The notes beneath the pieces are model-generated. The model worked only from the letters and a program-made list of their open reading frames with translations, searched no databases and was not told the origin of the DNA. DNA of 64,000 nt from Parcubacteria group bacterium (GTDB taxonomy: Bacteria > Patescibacteriota > Minisyncoccia > Moranbacterales > GCA-2747515): positions 25,084 through 89,083 of the forward strand of contig JBAZXC010000002.1 in the NCBI GenBank assembly GCA_041660065.1, in the 5' to 3' direction. The first letter of the stretch is position 1. The number at the start of each line of letters is the position of its first letter. This document shows positions 29,585-40,047 of this stretch, piece by piece. Position numbers and translations under genes: made by a program.

Positions 29585-30496
29585 TTATTTTATTCTGTTG
29601 AGCAAGACGACCAATTCATCATGCCGACGCTTGATCGAACTCAAGATCAGCCCTGCGATACCACTGATGAGCCCCGCGATAAAGAAAAACCCGGACACAA
29701 TAAGCGACGGCACACGCGTCACGACCCCTGTTTCAAAATATTCTTTCGTGCCATACCACCCCAAGATGACACCAGCTGCAAAACAAAAACCCAACAAAGT
29801 CGTAAAAAATTGCAACGGTTTATAATCGCGAAAGAGCGAGACAAGCGTATACAGTGCGATCGTGCCGTCGCGCACGGCATTGATCTTGGAATGACTGCCG
29901 TCAGGCCGTGCATGCAGAGAGATCGGCAATTCTCTTACGATCATTCCTTTTTCGACTGCCTGAATCGTTAATTCCGGCTCGATAGAAAAACCTCCGGCGA
30001 GAAGTGCTGTCGAATTCATGAAACGCTTGTTCATCACGCGCAGACCTGACTGCATATCATTGAGATGCGTATAAAAAAACATGTTGAGCGCGATATTCAA
30101 AAATTTGTTCCCAAACCAATGACTCGTGCTAAACGCATCTCTGTTGGTCACTGTCATGCGATCTCCCACTGCCATGTCAGCGACATCTTTTACGATCAAT
30201 TCTATCAACTGATGCACATCAGACGCTCGATACGTATCATCCCCATCCACAAGCACAAAGATATCTTCACGGAATTCCTCCAATGACCGCTGTACGGCAT
30301 GTCCCTTCCCCTGTTTTTTCTCAAATACCACTTCAGCACCCGCCTCCAGAGCCTTTGCGTGTGTGTGATCGGTGGAATTATTGTCCACCACCAAAACACG
30401 CGCTTGTGGCAATTCTTTCCTGAAATCGCCAATGACCTTTTGAATTGTTTTTTCCTCGTTGTAACATGGGATGACAACGATGATCTTTTCATTCAT
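29585..30496 (-). CDS. Polyprenol-phosphate sugar synthase (GT2; GtrB / ArnC / Ppm1-like)
   Basis: IVVIPCYNEEKTI...VLVVDNNSTDHT...VDGDDTY catalytic domain followed by two C-terminal TM helices, as in GtrB or dolichol-phosphate-mannose synthase-like enzymes. Confidence 0.75.
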   Translation of the reverse strand: MNEKIIVVIPCYNEEKTIQKVIGDFRKELPQARVLVVDNNSTDHTHAKALEAGAEVVFEKKQGKGHAVQRSLEEFREDIFVLVDGDDTYRASDVHQLIELIVKDVADMAVGDRMTVTNRDAFSTSHWFGNKFLNIALNMFFYTHLNDMQSGLRVMNKRFMNSTALLAGGFSIEPELTIQAVEKGMIVRELPISLHARPDGSHSKINAVRDGTIALYTLVSLFRDYKPLQFFTTLLGFCFAAGVILGWYGTKEYFETGVVTRVPSLIVSGFFFIAGLISGIAGLILSSIKRRHDELVVLLNRIK

Positions 30497-30503
30497 ATAC
30501 TCT

Positions 30504-32261
30504 TTATTTTAACTTAAATACGGTAAAGTGCATACTCTCCCCCTTGTATTTTTCCGATTGCACATTATAGCGCTCTTCGATCAATTCCGGACTCAATGCG
30601 ATCGTCCCGGTAAATACATCCGAATTGGAAAGGATGATCTTTGCTCCAAAATCATTTTTGATCGCGTTGATAACCTTCTCACTATTTTCTTTTTTAAACG
30701 CGTTGCGAGATTCTGCGTCCGTTCTTTTGACCATTAATTCATCAAACAATTCATCTTTGCACACCTTTGGCAATTCACAATAGTACTTATATGCAAAAAT
30801 ATTATAATATTTCCAGTACAACGACTCATCATATGCTTTGAGTGTCAACGGCTCAATGCCCATGGAATATTTATTGTGTGCATTTGTAAAAAACATCAAA
30901 TTAAAATAACTCCAGTTATGCAAATACACCTTGTCACCATCATCAGAGTGCTCGTCGATCCACTGCGCCGCACGTTGCGCCGGACGATAATCAAATGTAT
31001 TTGCTTCATTATAAATATGTGAAAAAGAATACGCACACATGGCAAGTACAACAACCCACACGCTACATTCAAAGCCCTTCCCTCCAAACGATCGTGGCGG
31101 GATCAATTGTGTGTCAAGTAATGCTGTAATGACAAAGCCCAGCAAAAGGACAAGTGCCGGTATGAAAAAATCAAAAAGTCGTCCCGTAAGAAAAAAGGAT
31201 CCGCCCGCCATGCATAATGTAAAGATCATCAACGTGATCAACCAATGCATTTTACCTGCATGGAGCGCTTCATGCACATCAGCATCTTTTTCCCTAAATA
31301 AGTGATACATATATGCCACGGCCATCACACAAAAGATCATCGTAACCACGGTAACCGATTGTCCGAATGTATTCATCGTGAGATCCATCGTCGCCATTTC
31401 AATGCCGCCAAGTGATCCATGTGCTGATGCAGAACCACTTTGCTGGATCTTAAAAATCCATTGCAACCATCTAAACAATGACCCGGGAAAACCGGGAAAA
31501 AATGCCATGCCAAAAATAATCCCACCAAGCGCTGCCACAAAGACCTTTACATCAACCTTTTTTTCTACAAGATAACGAGAAAACTCCACCATGCCCACGA
31601 TGATAAGTGGCATAAAATATGTGGATTGATGCCACAACACATGAATGAGTACGACAAAAAAGAGGGGAACGTACTTTCTATGAATTGCAAAACGCATCTC
31701 AAAAAAAACAAGTGCGATCATCAAGACAAGAGCCCTCCCGAGCAACATCCTCGACACAAAAAACGATGACCCCACAAGAAGCAATGTAAAAAAAAGCGGA
31801 TGACGCACATGTTCTTTGCGCATCAAAAAATACATCAGTGCAATCACGACACCGCCATAAAACGCATCCAGAGCACGCAGTGCAAAAATCCAATCGTGGA
31901 AATATGTAAAAGGAATGAGCGACACTTGAAACAAACTCACGGCATAACGACTGCCACCATCTGAATGCGATAAAAGATAGATCCAATCGAAGTGATTGAC
32001 AGCATTCAATCCCTCCGTCCGAAGCAGATATGCATACTTGAGATGAAAATAATGATCATCAAATATCGGATCCCCCTCGGCAAAAGCATAGATCGTCATC
32101 ACAATAGCAAAGAACACGACAAAAAGAATCGTCGACGCAATGCGTGGACGACCCCAAATATTTTTCAAAAAAACCACACCCTGATCAATCGCTCGATGCA
32201 TGACATGACGCCCTCGATCTTCAGTCACTGCCGTCGCATTCTTTTTTCGCTTTTTCCCCAT
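30504..32261 (-). CDS. GT-C fold membrane glycosyltransferase (PMT_2 / ArnT-like), copy 2
   Basis: About 12 predicted TM helices. First-loop acidic motif EGDPIFDDHYFHLKYAYLLRTEG. C-terminal soluble domain ending FTVFKLK. Paralog of 32266-33996. Confidence 0.65.
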   Translation of the reverse strand: MGKKRKKNATAVTEDRGRHVMHRAIDQGVVFLKNIWGRPRIASTILFVVFFAIVMTIYAFAEGDPIFDDHYFHLKYAYLLRTEGLNAVNHFDWIYLLSHSDGGSRYAVSLFQVSLIPFTYFHDWIFALRALDAFYGGVVIALMYFLMRKEHVRHPLFFTLLLVGSSFFVSRMLLGRALVLMIALVFFEMRFAIHRKYVPLFFVVLIHVLWHQSTYFMPLIIVGMVEFSRYLVEKKVDVKVFVAALGGIIFGMAFFPGFPGSLFRWLQWIFKIQQSGSASAHGSLGGIEMATMDLTMNTFGQSVTVVTMIFCVMAVAYMYHLFREKDADVHEALHAGKMHWLITLMIFTLCMAGGSFFLTGRLFDFFIPALVLLLGFVITALLDTQLIPPRSFGGKGFECSVWVVVLAMCAYSFSHIYNEANTFDYRPAQRAAQWIDEHSDDGDKVYLHNWSYFNLMFFTNAHNKYSMGIEPLTLKAYDESLYWKYYNIFAYKYYCELPKVCKDELFDELMVKRTDAESRNAFKKENSEKVINAIKNDFGAKIILSNSDVFTGTIALSPELIEERYNVQSEKYKGESMHFTVFKLK

Positions 32262-32265
32262 ACTG

Positions 32266-33996
32266 TTATTTTAACTTAAATACCGTAAATTCCATATATT
32301 TCCCTGCAAATTTCTCAGATTTTACATGAAATTGATCCTCGATCAGATCGGGATTCCGCTCGATCGTTTCACTAAACACGTCTGATCCCGATATGATAAA
32401 TTGCGCGTCAAAATCATTTTTGATGGAAGTGATGATCTTGCGACTATTTTCTTTCTCCACTTGATCTTTTTTATCCTGACTCGCATCTTTGATGTTTTGC
32501 TTGAGTGCTGTAACGATATCGCCGCAATCACCCGGTTTATCACAATAATAATTATACCGAAACATATTATAATATTTCCAGTATAGTGCTTCATCATAGG
32601 ATTTTAAACTCATCGGCTCAATACCGGTACTATAGACATTATGCGAGTTTTCAAAAAACATCAGTGGAAAATTTCCCCAATCCTGCAAAAAGACCTTGTC
32701 CCTTCCCGTTGAATGCTCTTGTACCCATTGCGCCGCTTGCCGGGCGGGTGAATAATCATATTGCTGGGCAAGCGCATAGATATTGATCCCTGTATTCAAA
32801 AAAAGTATACCACAATACAATCCTATGCCAAATTTTAGAAACGTACCGAAAGAGCGTTCCATCGTGACTTTTTCGGTCATACCGATAAATGTCACCAAGA
32901 ACGCCACAAGGACAAATGCGATCGGAATAAAAAAATCAAAGACACGTCCACTCATCGTAATTGTGGCTGACATCATGCTGATCATCGATACAAAAAGCGC
33001 GTAGATCCAGATCACCTGTTTTTTGTCCGTTTTTTGCAAAAAAGAATCCCCGTGCTTTTTTTGTGTTACATAGATAAAAATAACGGCGATACTGCTAAGA
33101 ACGATCAGGAGGAGGAGCATTTTTTCTTCGGCAAAGTAATTCATAAAATCCTTTGATGCCATTTCCCCACCGCCAATCGACTGTGCGTTGCCGGTCTGCA
33201 CATCTGTCTGCGCAGTCGTTTGCAGACTGATAATATTACCCGCCCACAAAAATAGCGACTGCGGAAATCCCGGAAAAAATGCCATGCCCACAACCGTTGC
33301 AAGTGCCGTGGATGCAATATTTCTCAAAAACATCTTATGCTCCGTCAAATATCGCGCAATTTCCACAACACCGACAAAAAAGATCGGCATGAAATATGTG
33401 GATTGATGCCACAACACATGAAATATGCACACCAGGAACAATTGCTTATACTTCCTTTCAACCGCAAAATATAATTCCAAAAAGATCAATCCAACCGCCA
33501 AAACAAACGCGCGACCCAATAGCAATCGCTCGATGAAATACATGGAGCTAAATAATGCCACGATAAAAAAGAGAGGATATCGCACATGCGCTTTTCGCAA
33601 GACATAATAGATTAAAGCAAGTGCCGCACTGAGATAAAATGCATCCGCAATATACAACCCCAGCAACCAATCGTGAAAATATGTAAATGGAATCAGCGAC
33701 ACTTGAAATAACGTTGCCGCATAACGACTGCCACTATCAGAATGCGACAAAAGATAGATCCAATCAAAATGATTTACGGCGTTCAATCCTTCCGTTCGAA
33801 GCAGATATGCATACTTGAAGTGAAAATAATGATCATCCATGCGCGGATCACCCGCCGCATATGCATAGATCAACGATATACTCACAAATATCCCCAAAAA
33901 TACGACGAAAGCTGCACTGAGAGGATGAAGACTCCAGTGCTTTTTTATACGATCCCACAACATAAATTTATCATTAAAGCATGTATCCTGCACCAA
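32266..33996 (-). CDS. GT-C fold membrane glycosyltransferase (PMT_2 / ArnT-like), copy 1
   Basis: Same architecture (AGDPRMDDHYFHFKYAYLLRTEGLNAVNHFDWIYLLSHSD...). Lies immediately downstream of the major pilin gene. Confidence 0.65.
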   Translation of the reverse strand: MVQDTCFNDKFMLWDRIKKHWSLHPLSAAFVVFLGIFVSISLIYAYAAGDPRMDDHYFHFKYAYLLRTEGLNAVNHFDWIYLLSHSDSGSRYAATLFQVSLIPFTYFHDWLLGLYIADAFYLSAALALIYYVLRKAHVRYPLFFIVALFSSMYFIERLLLGRAFVLAVGLIFLELYFAVERKYKQLFLVCIFHVLWHQSTYFMPIFFVGVVEIARYLTEHKMFLRNIASTALATVVGMAFFPGFPQSLFLWAGNIISLQTTAQTDVQTGNAQSIGGGEMASKDFMNYFAEEKMLLLLIVLSSIAVIFIYVTQKKHGDSFLQKTDKKQVIWIYALFVSMISMMSATITMSGRVFDFFIPIAFVLVAFLVTFIGMTEKVTMERSFGTFLKFGIGLYCGILFLNTGINIYALAQQYDYSPARQAAQWVQEHSTGRDKVFLQDWGNFPLMFFENSHNVYSTGIEPMSLKSYDEALYWKYYNMFRYNYYCDKPGDCGDIVTALKQNIKDASQDKKDQVEKENSRKIITSIKNDFDAQFIISGSDVFSETIERNPDLIEDQFHVKSEKFAGKYMEFTVFKLK

Positions 33997-34053
33997 AAAA
34001 CTCTATCTACTTGCTGTTTACCATAAACAGCAAGTAAGAACAATCTTTTTGTA

Positions 34054-34440
34054 CTAACAACCTGCGAAAGTTGTCGATGTTTCTGTAACTGTTGCACTTG
34101 TACAACCACCTGCTTCATTTGCATTTGCTGTAACAGTAAGTCGGAATGTACCACCTGCACACTGGTTGCCAATGGCGATGCTGCTGATAACCGGTGAAGC
34201 TGGATATGTTGCCTGTACTGCCGGGCTACAAATTTCTGCACCTGAAGTAGTTTGCAATGCGCCACCCACCTGATCACAACACAAAATTGCTGCTGGAGCA
34301 ATTGATGATGCTGATGATTTGAATGATGCTTGTTTTGCTTTATTACGTGCACTGTTCAACGATACCAAAACAATAGATGCCAAGATACCGATGATCGCGA
34401 TCACGATCAAAAGTTCAATCAATGTAAAACCTTTTTTCAT
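34054..34440 (-). CDS. pilA: Type IV major pilin (PilA-like)
   Basis: MKKG|[32 protein letters not shown]. Cys-rich C-terminal domain ending in a Ser/Thr-rich tail [15 protein letters not shown]. Confidence 0.85.
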   Translation of the reverse strand: MKKGFTLIELLIVIAIIGILASIVLVSLNSARNKAKQASFKSSASSIAPAAILCCDQVGGALQTTSGAEICSPAVQATYPASPVISSIAIGNQCAGGTFRLTVTANANEAGGCTSATVTETSTTFAGC

Positions 34441-34641
34441 CTATATGTCACCTCCATTCTTTTTTTGTTTTTTTCTTTACTAAACTATTATACACCCGAA
34501 TGTCAAAATATGTAACCCCTCCATCCACAACTTATACCCATGCCAGTTTTCAATGATCAATTATCAATTTTCAAAAAAATAATTTCTTGCGCTTTCAATT
34601 TCTACTCCCTACCACCTACTTACTACCACCTACTCCCTAGA

Positions 34642-35850
34642 TCACAATTGTCCCGCAATATTATAGATCGGCAACAAAACAGCCATGACCAATACACCCA
34701 CACCCAATCCCAAGATCACGATAAGGATCGGCTCAATGATCGACGAAAGATTGCGCGTGATCTGATCGACTTCCGAAGTATAAAATCGCGCAACATCTTC
34801 CAATATCTCGCTGAGACGACCAGTCTCCTCACCAATCTTGATCATGCTCGATACCATTGGTGGAAATTCATCGTGTTTGAAAAATTCCTTATTGATCTCA
34901 CCGCCAACTTTGACATCCTGTGCTGATTTAAGGATGATGTTTTTGTACACGATATTGTCCACGACATCCGCCACAACGATGAGCGCACGCACAATCGGGA
35001 TACCTCCCTTGAGGAGAACGGAGAGATTGTCCGCAAAGCGCGTGATATAGACATACTGGAATAATTGACCGACAACAGGGATGCGCAATTTGATCCGATC
35101 CCACTCCTTTTTACCCTCTTCAGAACGCGCGTAATAGATCATCGAAGCAACAATGCCCGCAATCACAATAAGAACGGCCCACCAATACGCTTGCATGAAA
35201 TCCCCGATCTTGATCATTAATTGCGTGTACCATGGGATCTCTACATTCAATTCTTTGATCACTTGTGTCAACCGTGGCAAGATCCACGTCATCGTCAAAA
35301 ATCCGATAACCCCGGCAACACTGATCACAAAGACCGGATACATCAAGGCACCGCGCACCTTGCTTTTTAATTGATAATTTTGTTCAGCACTTTGGGCGAC
35401 AAATTCGATCGCCCCTTGCAAATTACCGGATAATTCACCCGCTCTGATCATATGGACAGCAAGCGTCGTGAACACATTTTCATGTTTTGCAAAACTTTCC
35501 GAAATCGACATACCATCCTCCACATCGGCGGCAACCTCGGTAATGACGAGTCGTAACTGGACATTTTGCGTCTGATTATGAATCGTGCGCAACGCAGGCG
35601 CGATTGGAATTTTTGCACCGACAAGTGTCGACAACTCACGATAAAAAAGCAAAAGATCCTTCTGCGAGATCGATGATGTCATTCTCTCCAAAGCGGCGGC
35701 CAGTGAGGTTCCCGGCTTGTATTCTTTCAATTCCAACGGGACGAGGTCATTCTTCTGTAATAATTGTGTCGCTGTTTCTCTGTCGATCGCCTCAATTTTT
35801 CCCCGCTTCACTTCACCCTCGCGCGTAGTTGCCTTAAATTTAAATTGCAT
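34642..35850 (-). CDS. pilC: Type IV pilus assembly platform protein PilC (GspF family)
   Basis: Two T2SS-F repeats and three TM segments. The N-terminus MQFKFKATTREGEVKRGKIEA is typical of PilC. Confidence 0.85.
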   Translation of the reverse strand: MQFKFKATTREGEVKRGKIEAIDRETATQLLQKNDLVPLELKEYKPGTSLAAALERMTSSISQKDLLLFYRELSTLVGAKIPIAPALRTIHNQTQNVQLRLVITEVAADVEDGMSISESFAKHENVFTTLAVHMIRAGELSGNLQGAIEFVAQSAEQNYQLKSKVRGALMYPVFVISVAGVIGFLTMTWILPRLTQVIKELNVEIPWYTQLMIKIGDFMQAYWWAVLIVIAGIVASMIYYARSEEGKKEWDRIKLRIPVVGQLFQYVYITRFADNLSVLLKGGIPIVRALIVVADVVDNIVYKNIILKSAQDVKVGGEINKEFFKHDEFPPMVSSMIKIGEETGRLSEILEDVARFYTSEVDQITRNLSSIIEPILIVILGLGVGVLVMAVLLPIYNIAGQL

Positions 35851-35992
35851 AAAAAATAGTTTATAAAGTTAAAAGTTTGTAAAGTTTAAATTTTATAAAG
35901 TAAATAATAATTCATATTTGTAATAGCATAAGATTGTTATTGATTGAAAAGACTTTATGAGCTTTTCACTTTCGACTTTATAAACTGCTTAT

Positions 35993-37093
35993 TTATTCTT
36001 CAATATGTATTTGCTCTCCCCGCCCCACAAGCATACGGACATAATCACGATTCTTGGCATATGTCATTGCATAATCCAATGAGATGTCGCCGGACTGCAA
36101 CAATTGCGCAAGCGCTTTGTCCAGAGAGATCATCCCTTCTTTTGAGCTTGTTTCGATCACGGTGTCGATCTGATATGTTTTGTCTTCGCGGATGAGATTC
36201 TCGATCGCATGATTCTTGATCATGATCTCGCATGCCGGCACGCGACCGCCATTTGTATGTGGGATCAAGCGTTGTGACATGACACCGAGAAGCACATTTG
36301 CAAGTTGCGCGCGGATCTGATTTTGCTGATGTGACGGAAATGTATCCACAATACGATCGATCGTTTGTGCCGCATCATTGGTATGCAGTGTGGCAAAGAT
36401 CAAATGTCCGGTTTCTGCAGCAGTGATCGCCGTGCCAATCGTTTCAAGATCACGCATCTCTCCAATCAATATCACATTGGTATCCTCACGCAATGCCGCA
36501 CGCAGAGCACCGGAAAATGTTTGCGAATCCTGTCCGATCTCCCTTTGATTGATAATGCAGAGATCCTGCTCATACATATACTCGATCGGATCTTCGATGG
36601 TGATCACATGACTTTTCTTGTTGTGGTTGATATAATCCACAAGCGCGGCAAGCGTCGTTGACTTCCCATGTCCTACCGGACCCGTTACGAGAAAGAGTCC
36701 CTGCGAAAAATTTGCAAATTCATAAACCAATTGTGGCACACCCAATTCATCAAGCTGTCGAATATGACTATTGATCACACGCATGACAATGCCGACATGA
36801 CCCCTCTGATAAAACACATTGGTACGAAATCGCACTTTTTCTTCCAAACTGTACGAAAAATCAATTTCACCACTTTCGAGAAATTTTTCCTTATGATGTG
36901 CATTCATGAAGTAGTCCGCAAACGCTTTTGTATCTTCCGGTAACAAAACGGCCTCTTGTTCAAGCGGGATCAGCTTTCCATCGATCCTAAGGGTTGGATG
37001 TCTTCCTACGGCAAAATGAAGATCTGACGCATTTTGTTGTGCACCCAATCGCAATAAATTTTTCAACCGTTGTTCTACGTGTAAAGAGCTCAT
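35993..37093 (-). CDS. pilT: Type IV pilus retraction ATPase PilT
   Basis: Walker A GPVGHGKSTTLAA, ITIEDPIEY, and an AIRNLIRE-like helix (AIENLIREDK). 366 aa. Confidence 0.85.
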   Translation of the reverse strand: MSSLHVEQRLKNLLRLGAQQNASDLHFAVGRHPTLRIDGKLIPLEQEAVLLPEDTKAFADYFMNAHHKEKFLESGEIDFSYSLEEKVRFRTNVFYQRGHVGIVMRVINSHIRQLDELGVPQLVYEFANFSQGLFLVTGPVGHGKSTTLAALVDYINHNKKSHVITIEDPIEYMYEQDLCIINQREIGQDSQTFSGALRAALREDTNVILIGEMRDLETIGTAITAAETGHLIFATLHTNDAAQTIDRIVDTFPSHQQNQIRAQLANVLLGVMSQRLIPHTNGGRVPACEIMIKNHAIENLIREDKTYQIDTVIETSSKEGMISLDKALAQLLQSGDISLDYAMTYAKNRDYVRMLVGRGEQIHIEE

Positions 37094-37141
37094 AATCCGT
37101 ATATATTTTTATTTTAATTTAAGACTTTCTGCAAACATCTC

Positions 37142-37531
37142 CTATGTCATGTATTTTTGCACCTTTGCCAAAACTTCCGATGGTGTAAAATGTGATTTGA
37201 TCAAAAAATCTTTTGCACCAAGCGCCATGCCTCGATCCACATCTTCTTTTTGTGAAAGATTTGTCAGCAAAACGACAGGGATTTCCTTCCATTCCGGACG
37301 ATGACTGATCGCCTCCAAAACATCAAAGCCATCCATATACGGCATGACAATGTCCAAAAGCATGATATTGGGTCGCGCGCCGGCCTCCAACTTTTCAATT
37401 GCATCACGACCGTTACTTGCCAAAATGACGTTATATCCCGCATCTTTCAGCTTTACCTCATAAATATCGCCAATGAACGCATCGTCTTCCGCGATCATGA
37501 TGGTTTTTTTTGTTGTTTCTTCTTGTGTCAT
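37142..37531 (-). CDS. Stand-alone CheY-like response regulator receiver domain
   Basis: Acidic pocket EDD, phospho-acceptor D in LLDIVMPYMDG, conserved T (LLTNL) and K (KDFLIKS). 129 aa with no output domain. Confidence 0.8.
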   Translation of the reverse strand: MTQEETTKKTIMIAEDDAFIGDIYEVKLKDAGYNVILASNGRDAIEKLEAGARPNIMLLDIVMPYMDGFDVLEAISHRPEWKEIPVVLLTNLSQKEDVDRGMALGAKDFLIKSHFTPSEVLAKVQKYMT

Positions 37532-37561
37532 AGGTTTTCTTTATAATGAAATAAGATTTTA

Positions 37562-39292
37562 TCAATGCGCGTGTTTTTTATCCTTTTGCATCTGATCCTC
37601 ATCAGTGACTTCATCAAGTTTTCCGCCAATGCTCATATCCCCTTCCGTAACGCGTTCGAGCTCAGACAACGTTGTCAATCCAAGCAGTACTTTCAGTATA
37701 CCATCTTGTTTCAAAGTAATAAATCCCTTATTGCGCGCTTGTCTTTCAACCTTGACGATATTACCTTCTTCTTCTACGATCAAATTTTGCATGTCATTAT
37801 CCACTTCAATTGCTTCATAGAGAGCGAGGCGTCCTTTCAATCCCAATTCGCCACAGTTCTTGCACCCTTTCCCATGATAAAATTTGAACCCCTGTGATAT
37901 ATCCAATCCGTATTTTTTCATTTCCTCCTCGGATACACCTTCCAAATCACGTTTGATCTGCTCCACGATATTATCCGGCATATGCATTTCCTCTTTACAA
38001 TCCGGACAAATGCTTCGCACCAGGCGCTGCGCAGCGATCACGCGCAAAGCGGATGCGATCAGAAACGGCTCAATGCCCAAATCAATAAGTCGTGGCAACG
38101 CACCAATGGCATTATTTGTATGCACCGTCGAAAAAACAAGATGTCCGGTAAGCGCAGCATGTACAGCGAGTTCTGCAGTTTCACCATCACGAATCTCACC
38201 TACCATGATCACATTTGGATCCTGACGGAGAATACTGCGCAAACCGCTTGCAAAAGAATATCCGATTTCCGGCTTGACCTGTGATTGGTTGATGCCCGGA
38301 ACAAAATACTCTACGGGATCCTCCAATGTAATAATGTTTCGTTCCTCCCCATTGAGAATCTGCAAAAAAGCATACAATGTGGTGGATTTCCCCGATCCGG
38401 TCGGCCCTGTCATAAGGATCATGCCATACGGATCTTTGATGCGCTTCAAGAACATCTCATGCTGTGTGCCCATCATACCAAGTTCAATAAGATCAAATGT
38501 CTGACGATCCTTTTCCAAAACACGCATCACAATTTTTTCACCCTCAACAACAGGCAAACTGGATACACGAAAATCAATATCATTTCCCTGATCATTGATG
38601 CGAAACCGTCCATCTTGCGGCTTGCGTCTTTCATCAATTTTCAAATTAGAAAGGATCTTAATGCGAGAAATTACCGCTCTACCCACATCCTCAGGAAATG
38701 TCAGAGATGCATGCAAAATACCATCCTGTCGAAAACGCACACGATATGTTTTGTCAATTGGTTCAATATGAATGTCTGATGCCTTTCCATCCAACGCATG
38801 CTTGATAATCACATGCACAAGCTTTGCCACAGGCGCATCTTGGATACTTTCTCTCTCACCGATAACATTAAGTGAGTCTTTTTTCTCCTCATCTTCAATC
38901 TCAAAAGATTGCACCACATCTTCCACCGCTTTTTCGGCACTACCATACAACGCATAGAGTTTCTCCAACAATTCATCCCCGGCGAGATAGATCTCAATAT
39001 TCATATGATCCTTCTGCGCAATAAATCGCAAAATATTCAACGCATTGACATCCTGTATATCTTTCATGGCGACGTGCAGTGTTTTGGTTTTTTTGTCACG
39101 ATCAAAAATCGCAATTCTATTTTTCTTTGCGATATCTTCAGACAACATCTGAATTGATTCTCGATTTGCATTCGTCGGTATATCTACCAGCACTTTCACT
39201 CCCAATTCCTGTGCACGCGCGACAAGCTGATCACGCTCATCGTGATCCTTTTGCCCGACATCATCCTGCGTTTCGTTTTCGCCTTGTGTCAT
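37562..39292 (-). CDS. pilB: Type IV pilus assembly ATPase PilB (GspE family)
   Basis: Walker A MTGPTGSGKSTT, a tetracysteine motif CPDCK...CKNC and an N-terminal GspE_N-like domain. Confidence 0.9.
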   Translation of the reverse strand: MTQGENETQDDVGQKDHDERDQLVARAQELGVKVLVDIPTNANRESIQMLSEDIAKKNRIAIFDRDKKTKTLHVAMKDIQDVNALNILRFIAQKDHMNIEIYLAGDELLEKLYALYGSAEKAVEDVVQSFEIEDEEKKDSLNVIGERESIQDAPVAKLVHVIIKHALDGKASDIHIEPIDKTYRVRFRQDGILHASLTFPEDVGRAVISRIKILSNLKIDERRKPQDGRFRINDQGNDIDFRVSSLPVVEGEKIVMRVLEKDRQTFDLIELGMMGTQHEMFLKRIKDPYGMILMTGPTGSGKSTTLYAFLQILNGEERNIITLEDPVEYFVPGINQSQVKPEIGYSFASGLRSILRQDPNVIMVGEIRDGETAELAVHAALTGHLVFSTVHTNNAIGALPRLIDLGIEPFLIASALRVIAAQRLVRSICPDCKEEMHMPDNIVEQIKRDLEGVSEEEMKKYGLDISQGFKFYHGKGCKNCGELGLKGRLALYEAIEVDNDMQNLIVEEEGNIVKVERQARNKGFITLKQDGILKVLLGLTTLSELERVTEGDMSIGGKLDEVTDEDQMQKDKKHAH

Positions 39293-39307
39293 AATTCTGT
39301 AAAAAAA

Positions 39308-40021
39308 TTATGGTAAAAATGGGTTTGGTCTGTTCGTCGACTGCGACACTAACGGATTTGTCTGTGCTGTTGCTTTCATCACAGTATCAATAGAATCAAA
39401 ATCCGTCTTTTGATCAAATGTCGATGGATTGACTTGTGCCTGTCCAGGGATATAGCCATATGCAAAAGAGATCACACCACTGAGCATTTGTTCTTGTTGC
39501 ATGTCCACTGCAGCTCCCCCTTCACTTTTTTCTTTCTCAACTTTTGTCAATTCAAGTGTCTTGAAAGCATATAACCGTTTGAGATGAAAAAGCTCGTATG
39601 AAAACTTCTTGAATTCCTCATATGTACCACTTGCGATCATTTTTCCTTCGATCAGGTATGCTTGTTGATCCGCAGCTGCAGAAGATCGTACATCTTGCCG
39701 TCCTTCAGAAAAACCGACAGAAAACAAACTCACACCGGACTTCTCCGCAAGTTGCGAAATATCACTAAGAATAATCTCCTCTCGTTGATCATTTGGCACA
39801 AAATCCATAACAAAACTCTTTTCTTCTGGATGACTCTTTACCGTATCCACAAAAGCATTCACATTCTTTTGTTTTTCTTGCGCCTTCGCAAGCATTTCCT
39901 TTTTTTGGACAACGGTCTTTTTTTCCGTAGAAATTGAACGCGATGTCGGTACAACCAGTGCAATCACAAAATAAAGCACTAGCAGTAAAATAACAGGAAA
40001 CAGGAGCATTCTAATGATCAT
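39308..40021 (-). CDS. PilO-like inner-membrane pilus alignment protein (positional call)
   Basis: N-terminal TM helix followed by a coiled-coil-like region. Sits between pilN-like and pilB. Confidence 0.4.
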   Translation of the reverse strand: MIIRMLLFPVILLLVLYFVIALVVPTSRSISTEKKTVVQKKEMLAKAQEKQKNVNAFVDTVKSHPEEKSFVMDFVPNDQREEIILSDISQLAEKSGVSLFSVGFSEGRQDVRSSAAADQQAYLIEGKMIASGTYEEFKKFSYELFHLKRLYAFKTLELTKVEKEKSEGGAAVDMQQEQMLSGVISFAYGYIPGQAQVNPSTFDQKTDFDSIDTVMKATAQTNPLVSQSTNRPNPFLP

Positions 40022-40047
40022 ATTTTTATTTTATTAGTAAATATACA

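Noticed and set aside
33945-34352. 135 aa Gln/His-rich minus-strand ORF overlapping the pilin gene in another frame
   Set aside because: Overlaps the canonical pilA ORF. Low-complexity poly-Q/H translation of the Ala/Ser/Thr-rich pilin region.
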